Assembly (NCBI GenBank): GCA_965215885.1
Contig: CBDCEW010000104.1
Span: 1-64,000 of the forward strand
Direction of reading: 5' to 3'
From: Candidatus Moanibacter sp.
Lineage (GTDB): Bacteria; Verrucomicrobiota; Verrucomicrobiia; Opitutales; UBA2987
Length of the DNA stretch: 64,000 nt
This document shows, in pieces, positions 10,296 to 20,928 of the stretch (within the stretch, counting starts at the first letter, position 1; each line of letters starts with the position of its first letter). The notes under the pieces were generated by a model. The model did no database searches and was not told the DNA's origin. It saw nothing but the letters and a program-made list of their open reading frames with translations. Position numbers and translations under genes: made by a program.

Positions 10296-12190
10296 CACGG
10301 TATTTTGATTCTCGGAGCATTAGGTGATGATATTGATGGCCTTATGTAAGTTAAAGACGAAATCATCACAGAGTGCGGGAGTGGATTCAGCGCCCATGGA
10401 AGACTTGAGGCTGAGAACCAGTTGCCTGCATGCAGCAAGAATTCTGGCTGCGTTATGATTACGGATCATACATCGATCTTCATCGAAGAAGCGATCCCTG
10501 GGGTAATGATTTTTATTTTCGATCGACCAATGGTTGCGAATTTTCGAGAGGAACTGTTGAGGGCTCAAATCGGCGGGATCGAGACTGCTTACGTAGTAAG
10601 AGCGTTCAGAGGAAGGTTCAGCTTTGTTTGGATAATGGAAGGTGCGTTGCACACAGGCGAACTGGCGGGCATGGGGCAGGCCGGCAGAGGGAGCGCTTAG
10701 AGAATGGGTTGCTATTTGACGTATTTCGAGTCGCCCATGGTCATTGTCCACGGTTTGGTGGAGAAAAAGGGGGTGGAGCTGAAGAGATTCTGAGCGTATT
10801 GATGCATGTTGGGCTGATTGTCTTTAATTTGAATAACATAGTCAGCACTGAGTTCTTCGACGACGATGTGGGCAGTTTCTTTTTGATTATGCATGGCGTC
10901 GAAGGTGAAGGTGGAGCCGTCCAAAATGGGCATCTTTCGCAAGAGAGTCTGGGCGGCGGTGATCTCGTTGGATTTATCGGCGGTAGCGACTTGGGCTAAG
11001 GTTTGAGCGCTTTGGTGATCGACTGCGGCCACCAGGTGCAGAGCCTTTGATTCTTCGGTGTTTGTGCCTTTGAGGGTCTTGCCGTCGACGGCAATATCGC
11101 GGGGCAAACAGCCGTCTTGTAAGCAGATGAATTCGGTGAGGGTTTTATCGAAGAGCTCGGCCTTTACGTTTTGCAAGACCCGATAGAAGACATCATAGCA
11201 AGGGGCCTTATAGCGGCCTGTTTTGGGGTTTTTCCAGGAGCGTAAGGCGCGCAATTGGGCTTGATTGAGATGATGGGCCAGGCGCACGATGCCCTTGAGG
11301 GTCTGTTTGCCGCACATCGTGCCGAGCACAATCATGCTCAGGACCGTGGCGAGCCGATATCTAAGGCCCGCTTTACGACGGAAGTCTTCTATCTGATTGA
11401 AGCGTTCCCACAGGCTGCTCATCTGTTCCACTTTGAGGCAGACCGCATGGGAGTTATCGGTTTCATTGAGCGCCTGGCTCTGTGCCGCGGGCAATGGCCC
11501 TGAAGCGCGCAAAAGCTCAAGGGCATTAGCCTTGAGGGGTTTGACCCAGATCTGCTTGGGACGCTCATGGCGTTGATAGAAATCTTCGCGTTGGCGGCCA
11601 TATCCCGCGCTCAAGCCCAAGGGCGTCCACCCGCTCGCTTCGTAGCAAGTGCCCCGGTGAATCTGTGGGTCCACGAACGTTTCCGCTACTAAGGGACGAT
11701 AGCCAAAAGCCTCCTGCCAGTGATCGGCTAAGACTCTCAGGCACATACCCAACGTCTTGGAGGCCAAATTTGCAAGATCCACCCCAGGGCAAAATCAGAA
11801 AACGCCGGTTCTGTACTACCAGTTTCAATCGTGCATGCCGTTGCGCCCCGTCCCACCCGATCCATTCGTCTCGATCCTTCAGCCGGTAGGATGCGGCCCC
11901 CCACAAGAGCAGGCCCATCCATTGCCCGTCGATCTGCGCCACATAGCGCAGGGTCTCTCCTGCGCTGCCCGCACTGTGTAAATAATGATGTTGTTTCAAT
12001 AGATCATTGAATCGCTCCTGCTCTTCGGGCAGGACCAGACGCAGAGTTAAACGATCTATCGAAGGATTCAGTTGGTAAGATTTTTTGTCTTTCATCCCAT
12101 CTTAACATGACTGATTCCCTCGGGTTTGTTTAGCTCTTTTTTTATCTTCTTGCTTATCAGCTAGTTGCTTCCTGGAATCCTTTTACCCTG
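10296..12190 (-). mobile_element. ISAs1-family element with DUF4338 (DruA-like)-transposase fusion, copy 1
   Basis: Ends CAGGGTAAAAGGATTC (12190) and imperfect CACGGTATTTTGATTC (10296); motifs IAVDGKTLKG, KSNEI, DAMHNQ, IKDNQP, HGRLEIR and RNHWSIEN; CDS 12095->10320 with shifts near 11786 and 10770. Confidence 0.92.
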
Positions 12191-12275
12191 CCCCGATCTC
12201 CTCTCCACCCACTCCTGGCTTGCCGAAATCCTGTTCATCCTGTAAATCCTGTCAGGAATCAACCTGAGTAGTTAC
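12191..12275. repeat. Fragment of small element: ATCCTGTTCATCCTGTAAATCCTGTC repeat plus GTAACTACTCAGG-type end
   Basis: Three ATCCTGT units; AACCTGAGTAGTTAC abuts the truncated IS1380 transposase. Confidence 0.5.
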
Positions 12276-13123
12276 CATTGGATTAGCGAAGAACGACCGG
12301 CTCAAGAGGGATCTGGAATGGTTGCTGGAGGAGGTCAGAGAAGCGTTTTTAGAGCAGGAAGGAGAGGAAGGACAACGCGCCTTTATGGAAATGAGGTATC
12401 GGACCTTGGAAAGCTGGAGCCGGACGCGGCGGGTGATCGGTAAAGCCGAAGTGTTATACAAAGGGGACAATCCGCGGTTCATCGTGACGAACTTGCCGGC
12501 TGAAGGATTTAAAGGGGTTGGGGCCAAAGATCGGGTCGAGGCGCAGAACTTATACGAGAAGTTTTACTGCATGCGCGGGGATATGGAGAACCGGATCAAG
12601 GAACAACAGTTGGATCTGTTTGCCGATCGCACCAGCACCCACTACCTGCAATCCAATCAGCTGAGGCTTTGGTTTTCGACCTTTGCCTACATGATCATAG
12701 AACGGATGCGCGCGCAGGTATTGCAGGGCACCGAATTGGCTCGGGCGACACCGGCAACAATACGACTCAAACTGTTCAAAGTGGCCGGCAGTATCCAAGT
12801 GACGGTACGGCGGGTGCATGTGCGTCTGGCCTCGGCCTATCCCTATCAGGAACTGTTTGCAATGGCCCTCTCGCGGTTACGGGCACAGCCCGGGTAGCGA
12901 AACCCCGATCCCCGCTCAAACGAACCGGTTCTACGCGAAGACCCACACGGTCAACGGAGCACTGTCTTTGCATGGAGCGCAACAAGCGTCCTCTTGCACA
13001 CAAAAGACCGAAAAATCTGGACAAAATCACGACGAGTAACCAAAGAATCCGTAGAAGGGTGCCTAATGAAGTCCTAACGCTCTCGATTCTTGCGGGGGTT
13101 AGCCCGGCTGTGAAACATCCGGG
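12276..13123 (+). mobile_element. IS1380-family remnant (3' part of transposase plus right end)
   Basis: GLAKNDRL, SWSRTRRVIGKAE, NPRFIVTN, YCMRGDMENRIKEQQLDLFADRTS and NQLRLWFS; right end GTGAAACATCCGGG(CTA). Confidence 0.9.
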
Positions 13124-13519
13124 CTAATTCCTTCAGATAAGGGACGCTGTGGATGCGCAGATTGTCTAACTGGGCGTGCGAAAATCGCCACTGCCAATTA
13201 CCGGATGCACAACCGGGAATATTCATGCGGGCCCCGGAATCAAGGTTCAACAGGTCCTGTATCGGGACAATGACGATACGACTGCAGGACCCGTAGGCCG
13301 CGCGAATGAAGTCCCAGGCGATATCCTCACCGCTTACGCGAAGATAATGCCTCACATGGTGTTGCAGGGTGGGATTCGACTTTGCGTACCACCCTCTGGT
13401 CGTATCGTTGTCGTGTGTACCCGGATAAACGATCGAGTTCGGTTGCAGATTGTGTGTAAACGACCGGTGAACTGCCCTATGGATCGCGGCATGCGCGAGG
13501 ATCCTGGCAGTGTCCGGGT

Positions 13520-15022
13520 TCAAGAGGCTGCGAGCGGTTCGCCTGTTCGGGTCGGCTTCCAATTCGCCGGAGCGAGTTCGGCGATCTCGGTGATGTTCAT
13601 GTCCGGCAATCTTTTGAGGACGTCAGTGAGGTAAGCGGATGGTTCAATTGCGTGCCGCCGGCAACTCTCAATGATCGAGTAAATTACGGCGCTTCTCCAA
13701 CCGGCCTTGGGGTGGCCGATGAACATCCAGTTTTTCTTTCCCAGGGCGGTCGGCCGGATAGCATTCTCAATGAGGTTATTGTCGATTTCAACCTTGCCAT
13801 GCTCGAGGTAGCGCTTGAGTGATTCCCACTGGTTCAGAGCATACTCAACGGCTTCACCCATTTTGCTCCGCGGCAAGGCCCGCCGTTTGAGTATAGGCAA
13901 GGCTTTGCCCAAGCGTTCCACGATCATCCGACCATGGCTTTTCCGGTAGGCTTCGCGCAAGGCGGGACCGGCCCGCTGTTCGCGCAGAGGGCGCTCGTCT
14001 CTGTAGAGATTGTGGATCTGCCGCACCACCCAGCCGGCCAGCTTCGGATTCTCATCCATCGCCTCCACAAATTTGCGTCGCAGGTGTGCCCAGCACCCAA
14101 ACAGGGTAATCCCGTTATGCTCCCGGGCGAAACTGCCATAGGCTGCGTAACCGTCGGTTTGGAGCAACCCTTCGTATCCGTTGAGGAACTGCTCGAGACA
14201 TTTTACCCCACGGCCTGTGTGCCAGTCGTAGAGCACCTCGCCGCCGGGTCGCCCGTAGACCCCCAGGTATCCTTTCCTGCAGCCCTCTTTCTTGCCTGCG
14301 TCCGGATCCAGGTAGCGGATGGGCGTTTCGTCCGCCTGGATGTAACCGCCCTCGAACAATTGTAAGCACATGTAGTTGTAGATGGGTTTTAGCCATTGCG
14401 CTACCTGGTGGATCCAATCGAGCATGCTCTGGCGCGCCACCCTTACTCCGTAGCGTTCCCGGAAAATCTTCTCCTGCCGATACAACGGCAGGTGATCGAC
14501 GTATTTGCTCAGTAATATGTGCACCAAAAGCCCCACTCCAGGGATCCCTTTTTCAATCAGCCGCGATGGTAATGGCGCCAGCACGGGAGGTTCCTGGGGC
14601 TTTTCGCGAGATACATATTTGCGCCGTATATAGCGCCGCCTGATAAATCGGGCCGGGAGCAAATCTAACTCTTCAGTGACTTCCTCACCGATCAACCGCC
14701 ACTTTTGCGGTTCAACCTTCACCGCTTCGGGTTCGATTACGATCTCTTCGACTTCCAGGTGCTCGGGCAGACGCTGTCGCCTCGCCCCAGCTCCTTTGCG
14801 CGCCTTCGGCTCGGGTGGTGGCTCTGCCGTTTGCTCAGCGGGTTTGTTTTCCTCGGCCTGCTCCAGCCCGGCCAGGAGCAATTCCAGCTGTCCCGGATCG
14901 ATCCGCTCGCTTTGGTTGCCTCCAAAGTAGCGCTTAATGAGCCAGCCGATCTTCTGACGTAAAAGCCGATTCTCCTCTCGGAGTTGCTCCAGCTCTGTTT
15001 GCAAAACCTCGACTTCAGGCAT
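13520..15022 (-). CDS. tnpC: IS66 transposase TnpC
   Basis: HLPLYRQ, ADETP, LQTDGYAAY, CWAHLRRKF and IDNNLIENAIRP. Confidence 0.96.
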   Translation of the reverse strand: MPEVEVLQTELEQLREENRLLRQKIGWLIKRYFGGNQSERIDPGQLELLLAGLEQAEENKPAEQTAEPPPEPKARKGAGARRQRLPEHLEVEEIVIEPEAVKVEPQKWRLIGEEVTEELDLLPARFIRRRYIRRKYVSREKPQEPPVLAPLPSRLIEKGIPGVGLLVHILLSKYVDHLPLYRQEKIFRERYGVRVARQSMLDWIHQVAQWLKPIYNYMCLQLFEGGYIQADETPIRYLDPDAGKKEGCRKGYLGVYGRPGGEVLYDWHTGRGVKCLEQFLNGYEGLLQTDGYAAYGSFAREHNGITLFGCWAHLRRKFVEAMDENPKLAGWVVRQIHNLYRDERPLREQRAGPALREAYRKSHGRMIVERLGKALPILKRRALPRSKMGEAVEYALNQWESLKRYLEHGKVEIDNNLIENAIRPTALGKKNWMFIGHPKAGWRSAVIYSIIESCRRHAIEPSAYLTDVLKRLPDMNITEIAELAPANWKPTRTGEPLAAS

Positions 15023-15090
15023 GAAAACAATACTAAACTAACGGTAATAAGAAAAGCACTACTTTTTTCAAAAAAATCACTTTTTTTGAC

Positions 15091-15441
15091 CTAACGCTGA
15101 TACCAGGGCCGCATCTTCCCCTCCCTCAGGTCGATCCCGTTCAAGAGCATGCTCAACGCTTCAGGGCGCAATGGAAGCTTCTGATCTTTCAAGTCCACTC
15201 CCTGCGGCCAGCTGAACCGACCCTTCTCTAATCGCTTTGCGAAAACCCATAACCCCGTGCCGTCCCAATACAGAATCTTGACCCGGTCCCGGCTGCGATT
15301 GCAGAAGACAAAGTCCGCTCCGCTCAACGGGTCTTCCTTGAGCTGATTGGCCGCCAGGGCGTAGAGACCATTAAAGCTCTTTCGCAGATCCGTTACTCCC
15401 ACGGCCAGGAAAACCTTCATCGTTCCCGGTAAGCTCAGCAT
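15091..15441 (-). CDS. tnpB: IS66 accessory protein TnpB
   Basis: TDLRKSFNGL, FVFCNR..DRVKILYWDGTG and KRLEKGRF; probable ATG at 15441. Confidence 0.93.
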   Translation of the reverse strand: MLSLPGTMKVFLAVGVTDLRKSFNGLYALAANQLKEDPLSGADFVFCNRSRDRVKILYWDGTGLWVFAKRLEKGRFSWPQGVDLKDQKLPLRPEALSMLLNGIDLREGKMRPWYQR

Positions 15442-15800
15442 CCCGATTCCCTCAACGCCTTCACCAGACTCGCCACTTGTTCCACCGCAACACCGCAGTC
15501 CACCTCCACCCGTATCGGGTCCCCTAAGACGATCTCGATCCGATCCTCCGTGACCGCGCTGCTCTGCACCGTAACTTCGGCAAACCGCGCCCCCGCCGAT
15601 TTTACCCCGCTGCTTCTGTGCCCGGCCCGGTCCTTGCGCAGCCATCCCATAAAGGTCATATACTTGATACCGTGCCGCTGGGCAAACGCCCTCTGCGTCT
15701 GATTGCTGCGACGGTATGCGCTTATCAGTCGCCTGCACTCCTGCCGACTTCGTCGAACGATTCGCTTCGACCGTGTCCGCCCTCTCGTTTTTTCTCCCAT
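15435..15800 (-). CDS. tnpA: IS66 TnpA HTH protein
   Basis: SNQTQRAFAQRHGIKYMTFMGW HTH; first ORF of IS66. Confidence 0.85.
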   Translation of the reverse strand: MGEKTRGRTRSKRIVRRSRQECRRLISAYRRSNQTQRAFAQRHGIKYMTFMGWLRKDRAGHRSSGVKSAGARFAEVTVQSSAVTEDRIEIVLGDPIRVEVDCGVAVEQVASLVKALRESGC

Positions 15801-17348
15801 CCCATAATCATATCACGGTCGGCATCTTTGCGCTACAAGGTCGTTGCCCGGTCGCTTACGATTGTGTGGCAGATAGGGATTCTCAGCATCTCCCTCAAAG
15901 GCAAACTGCAGCACAGCCATGCCCGGTAGACCGGTCTGCGGGAGCAGTTCCTTCACGGGAGGGGTGATTTTTCCGAGATCTTCGGCAATTAACCTGGCAG
16001 AAGGGAAACGCCTCCGCAGTGTAGCAAATAAACCCAATCCGGGGCCTGAATCCCATTCCCCTGCAGCCGCATTGAGTGCACCGGCTGGTATCTTCCAGTA
16101 AGATTCGAATCCCCGGAAATGATCCAACCGCACGATGTCAAATAACTCGAGGTTGGCCTCAATCCTCCGCAACCACCAATCGAAGGCCCGTGCCTACAGT
16201 TCCTTCCAATCGAAGAGGGGATTGCCCCACAATTGACCGGTCGACGAAAAATAGTCCGGCGGAACACCCGCGACAGCACGAGGCATACCGTTTTCGCCCA
16301 GTTGGAAAATTTCCGGATTAGCCCAGACATCCGCGCTGTCCAGAGCCACGTAAAGCGGAATATCGCCGATTATCTCGATCTCATGTTTCCTCGCGAATCC
16401 CTTGAGGAGGTCCCACTGGCAGAAGAAGAGATACTGGAAAAACTGATGTGCCTCGACTGATTCCACCAGTGCTTTATCGAATGTATGCTCGCTCGCCCGG
16501 GAGTAGGTTCGGTATTCCAGGGGCCACTCATACCACGGTAAACCGCGTAAACGGTCCTTGAGCGCCATAAAACAGGAATACGGTTGAAGCCAGGGAGCTT
16601 TCTCCTTCTTAAAGTCCTCATAGGTTCCGCATTCTGGAAGAGAAGGGAGGCCCATTTTTACAAAATTCCGGTAAATCCGGTCCAATACTGGCCAGTACCT
16701 CGTATAGAGACGGCCGAAATTCACGCGGTCCGACGGAAGTCCACCGAGCGTTTCCAGATCGCCCGGCTCGGCGAGATCACATTCAATGAGCGATTCCAGA
16801 TCGATGAGATAGGAGTTTCCCGCGAATGCAGAGAAACACTGGTAGGGCGAATCTCCATAGCCGGTCGGCCCCAACGGACAGATCTGCCAGTAGCTCATCC
16901 TTGCCTCGGCCAGAAATTCGACGAAATGCCTGGCTTCCTTGCCAAATCGACCAATCCCACCGTCACCTGGAAGAGAAGTTGGATGCATCAGCACTCCAGC
17001 ACCCCGTTCCTTCAGCCAATTGTAAAGAGGGTAGTCTGTATTCACTTTTCTCAAAGGATTGAAAAATCTGGACAGGCGGTGCTCAAGAGGAGAAATGCTC
17101 CCGCATTCCTCTACACAATAGGAGCCGCCAGAGCCAAATTCCTCAATTAGACATAATGTATATTATGCGAATTTTTTGTATTTGGGATAAACAGTGGGGA
17201 AATTTCACAAGAATCGACATTCGACTACGATAATGACGACGAATTGGTGTATGGCTGGATGATTTCTCTAACTTCGTAGGTGCCACCGAATCACGAGGAC
17301 GATTACGATCGGATTCGATGCCCACTTGAAGGTCGTAGTCACAATCGA

Positions 17349-18650
17349 CTAGTCGGCGGGGCCCCACCGGTGGGTAAAAGGGAAATAGATAAAGAAGGCC
17401 TTACCTACGACCTCACGTTGCGGCACAAACCCCCACACACGGCTATCGGAGCTTTCATCGGAATTATCTCCCATGGCGTAGAAACTACCCACACTGATAA
17501 AATCGGTGAGACCTGCGCTGAGGCGATCACGATTACTGTAGCCCTGGTATTGACCCTCGCGTTTGGCATTTTGGGCAAATGCTTCAGCCCCCACAATCGG
17601 CTTTCCGTTTCGAAAAAGAGTTCCATCATTGACGGAAAGCGCATCGCCCCCCCTCCCGACAAGGCGCTTGATATAGTATTTGTCTTCTGGAACTCCAAAA
17701 TGCTGGCTGGTAATACCCGGTATATTGCGGGTACGAAAGACGAAGGGTTCACCGATTCGGGGCCGGCGGAAATGATAGGAAAAGCGATCCACAAAAAGTG
17801 CATCGCCGGTACGTATTTCGAACGAGAGAATCGACTCACCACTCTTAAAGAAGTGCCCAGTTCTTAAGAAAGGACCCCCTTTGCCCCTAGCGACCATACC
17901 CGACCGGATTCTTCCCTTCAGCCACTGGTCGAATTTCCTGGACTGGGAGATGCCGGGCGACTCCGGGAAGAAGCGCTCCCGTATCAATTTGTCATAGTTA
18001 AAGTCGTAAGGGAGTTTAAGTGAGACTGGGTCGTCGCCAACATAAAGAGTCGCCTCTTTAAAGAATGCCGGCAAGAGCAGCCACTTTCTACCGCGGATTC
18101 GCGAGGTCGGGAATCGTCCACCGATCCGTGGTTTTTCCTTATCGGGAACCAAAGGAATGAGAAGCTCACCAGCAGACGGAGCCAAAACTTTGCGACGGGA
18201 CGATCCAAAAGCCAGAAATCGAAATATACGCTCCGGAAGAAAAGGTTCATCCCCCTTCTCAAAATATACCTTGTGGGTGAGACCGTTATAGGTGGGATAC
18301 ATGGAATTTGTGGGAATCTTAAAGGGCTGAAGAAAAAAAGTCCTGATTCCGATCGCGAGGATTCCCGCCACGAGCAGCATCTCCACATTTTCCGCCCAGC
18401 CGCTCCGAGGATAGTAACAGCCTCCGCATTTGCGCAGAATCTTTTCCAAATTCCGGATCCCATCATTTATTTCTGCTTCGTTCCTTTCGCTGACAGATCG
18501 CTCAAGCCCACCGACTGCCTCACCAAGTGCGTCGAGGACATTCCGGGGAATGACGTCGACTCGGTAATCGTAAACCTTCTGGGCCAAACGAAGCCAGAAG
18601 CCGGCTTCTTTCAGCAGAGTGTTGAGACCTTTTCTTTTTCGAAAAAACAT
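17349..18650 (-). CDS. lepB: Signal peptidase I (long form)
   Basis: QPFKIPTNSMYPT (Ser), YYIKRLVG (Lys), MGDNSDESSDSRVWG; downstream of lepA. Confidence 0.95.
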   Translation of the reverse strand: MFFRKRKGLNTLLKEAGFWLRLAQKVYDYRVDVIPRNVLDALGEAVGGLERSVSERNEAEINDGIRNLEKILRKCGGCYYPRSGWAENVEMLLVAGILAIGIRTFFLQPFKIPTNSMYPTYNGLTHKVYFEKGDEPFLPERIFRFLAFGSSRRKVLAPSAGELLIPLVPDKEKPRIGGRFPTSRIRGRKWLLLPAFFKEATLYVGDDPVSLKLPYDFNYDKLIRERFFPESPGISQSRKFDQWLKGRIRSGMVARGKGGPFLRTGHFFKSGESILSFEIRTGDALFVDRFSYHFRRPRIGEPFVFRTRNIPGITSQHFGVPEDKYYIKRLVGRGGDALSVNDGTLFRNGKPIVGAEAFAQNAKREGQYQGYSNRDRLSAGLTDFISVGSFYAMGDNSDESSDSRVWGFVPQREVVGKAFFIYFPFTHRWGPAD

Positions 18651-18686
18651 CAGAAAATCTGTCTAAGAGCCTGCCAGTAATGTCCG

Positions 18687-18931
18687 GTACGTGTTTAGCG
18701 TGATTGCAAATTCTTTAGTTCGATATTGGAAGCAAGGGATCAAGCCTTAGAAGTGTCTGTTTTTTGGGGTCAGCCGCCTTAGCAAATTGCCCGAAGTGTG
18801 CGGAGGAAAATTTGTAATGCCAGGCACCTTATGCGAAGCGGAAAAACAGCCACTTCTCAAGGGCATGACCCCGAACAGCGAATAAACTTGCAAGAACTTT
18901 AAAACCATAATCCATCACGCAAAACACGTAC
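18687..18931. mobile_element. 245-bp fold-back MITE (GTAC family) between lepA and lepB
   Basis: TIR GTACGTGTTTAGCGTGAT / GTACGTGTTTTGCGTGAT (17/18); flanking 8-mers AATGTCCG / AAAGTCCG; internal inverted arms. Confidence 0.8.
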
Positions 18932-18947
18932 AAAGTCCGACAGGCTT

Positions 18948-20747
18948 TCAGTTCGTTTTCAGAATATCAATGAAAGCATCCTGCGGGATGGATACGCTGC
19001 CAATCTGTTTCATTCTTTTCTTTCCCTCCTTCTGCCGTTCCAGGAGTTTTCGCTTACGAGTTATGTCGCCACCATAACACTTTGCCGTCACGTCTTTCCT
19101 CAATGCTCCGAGCGTTTCGCGGGCAACGATTCGACTTCCAACAGAAGCCTGGATGGCAATTTTGAATAGTTGTCGCGGAAGGATCTCCCTCAATTTCTGG
19201 CAGAGCGCCCTACCCTTTCCTTCGGCCTTTTTACTGTGTATGATTGAAGTAAAGGCGTCCACCGGTTCGCCGTTGACGAGGATATCGAGTTTTATGAGGT
19301 CCGCTTCCTGATAACCGGAAAAATCGTAATCCATAGATCCGTAACCATGGGTAATGCTTTTGAGTCGATCGTTAAAATCCACCAATATTTCATTTAGAGG
19401 CAAGTTACAGTGAAGGATAATACGGGATTCATCCAAGGTCTCGGTATGGTCGCAGACTCCTCGTCTTTCCATTACAAGGTGGAGAATGTCCCCGATACTC
19501 TCATTCGGTATGTGAATCGTCGCTTTGATGACAGGTTCTCGGATTACTTCGATCTCTGAAGGGTCAGGGAGGTTAATGGGGTTGTCGACTTCGAGCGTTT
19601 CTCCGCTGGTCGTTTGCAATTGGTAGACGACACTGGGATAGGTGGAGATAATGTCGAGATCGTATTCGCGTCGAATACGCTCAAAGACAATCTCCATATG
19701 AAGGAGCCCGAGGAAGCCACACCGGAAGCCGAAACCCAGGGCAACCGAATTTTCCTGCTGATAGACGAAGGCAGCATCGTTGAGGCGAAGTTTGCCGATG
19801 CTCACCTTGAGTTTCTCGTAGTCTGTTGTGTTCAACGGATATATTCCGCTAAAGACCATGGGACGCACCTCTTTATAACCGGGAAGCATCTTCAGCGCAG
19901 GATCGGCTGCGTGGGTCACGGTGTCACCGAGCCTTACCTCGGAGACATCTTTAATGCTGGTCACGATATAACCGACCCTCCCCGTTTCGAGGGATTCCGC
20001 TGGTTCCATTTCCGGTGTGAAAAAACCGACCTCCTTCACCTCCGTCTGCACGCCGTCATTCATCATCAGCACGGAATCACCTCGCCTGATACATCCCGAA
20101 AAAACCCGCACATAACAGATTACTCCCTTGAAGGTGTCATAGATGCAATCGAAGATCAAAACGCGCGTTTTGTCTTCGGCGGCCCAGCGAGGTTCCGGTA
20201 TCCGTTCGATTACGATATCGAGTACATCCTGTATTCCAGCCCCGTTTTTGGCGCTTGTCAGAATCGTCTCATCGGCGGGTATGGCAAGTACCTCTTCAAT
20301 CTGTTGTTGGGTTCGATTCACATCGGCACTCGGCAGATCGATCTTATTCACGACGGGCACGACTACGAGCCCCTGATCGATTGCCAGATGCGCGTTGGCC
20401 ACAGTCTGCGCTTCGATTCCCTGTGCCGCATCAACGAGGAGGAGAGCGCCTTCGCAGGCCGCCAGGCTTCGCGAAACTTCGTATGAGAAATCGACGTGGC
20501 CGGGCGTGTCGATGAGATTCAAGAGGTAGTGAGCCTCACTGGAATCCTCGTAGAGCATCGTCACCGGATGGCTCTTGATGGTGATGCCCCGCTCCCGTTC
20601 GAGTTCCATAGAATCGAGCAGTTGCTCCTTCATGGCGCGCTTCTCCACCGTTCCGGTCAACTCCAGGAGTCGATCCGACAGAGTGGTCTTGCCGTGATCG
20701 ATGTGAGCGATAATGCAGAAGTTCCTGACGCGATTAGGGGGAATCAT
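18948..20747 (-). CDS. lepA: Translation elongation factor 4 (LepA)
   Basis: RNFCIIAHIDHGKTTLSDR, DTPGHVDFSYEV, GFRCGFLGLLH and KDVTAKCYGGDITRKRKLL. Confidence 0.99.
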   Translation of the reverse strand: MIPPNRVRNFCIIAHIDHGKTTLSDRLLELTGTVEKRAMKEQLLDSMELERERGITIKSHPVTMLYEDSSEAHYLLNLIDTPGHVDFSYEVSRSLAACEGALLLVDAAQGIEAQTVANAHLAIDQGLVVVPVVNKIDLPSADVNRTQQQIEEVLAIPADETILTSAKNGAGIQDVLDIVIERIPEPRWAAEDKTRVLIFDCIYDTFKGVICYVRVFSGCIRRGDSVLMMNDGVQTEVKEVGFFTPEMEPAESLETGRVGYIVTSIKDVSEVRLGDTVTHAADPALKMLPGYKEVRPMVFSGIYPLNTTDYEKLKVSIGKLRLNDAAFVYQQENSVALGFGFRCGFLGLLHMEIVFERIRREYDLDIISTYPSVVYQLQTTSGETLEVDNPINLPDPSEIEVIREPVIKATIHIPNESIGDILHLVMERRGVCDHTETLDESRIILHCNLPLNEILVDFNDRLKSITHGYGSMDYDFSGYQEADLIKLDILVNGEPVDAFTSIIHSKKAEGKGRALCQKLREILPRQLFKIAIQASVGSRIVARETLGALRKDVTAKCYGGDITRKRKLLERQKEGKKRMKQIGSVSIPQDAFIDILKTN

Positions 20748-20928
20748 AGGGGCTCCTTACGCGGAGAATAACAAGGGTATGCCATTTGCGACCAGAATTA
20801 AGAAATCACTCGCGAAAAGATCAACCGGTGGTCAGCTTGCCGATCCGCTGAAATTGCTGAGTGATTCGACTCCTACGACATGAACTCGTCAATGTCCTGC
20901 CAATACTCGTCGGCATTGAAGTCTATGT

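Larger units (their letters stand above)
13456..15859 (-). mobile_element. Complete IS66-family element
   Basis: TIRs GTAAGCGACCGGGCAAC / GTAAACGACCGGTGAAC; 8-bp TSD GATTGTGT at 13448-13455 and 15860-15867; tnpA-tnpB-tnpC order. Confidence 0.97.
13074..17054 (-). pseudogene. malQ: 4-alpha-glucanotransferase (amylomaltase, GH77), disrupted
   Basis: HPTSLPG, SPYQCFSAFAGN, GVPPDYFS..GQLWGNP, RLDHFRGF, IAEDLG and YPGTHDNDT; in-frame TAG at 16194-16196, IS66 at 13456-15859, IS1380 end at the 3' terminus. Confidence 0.93.
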
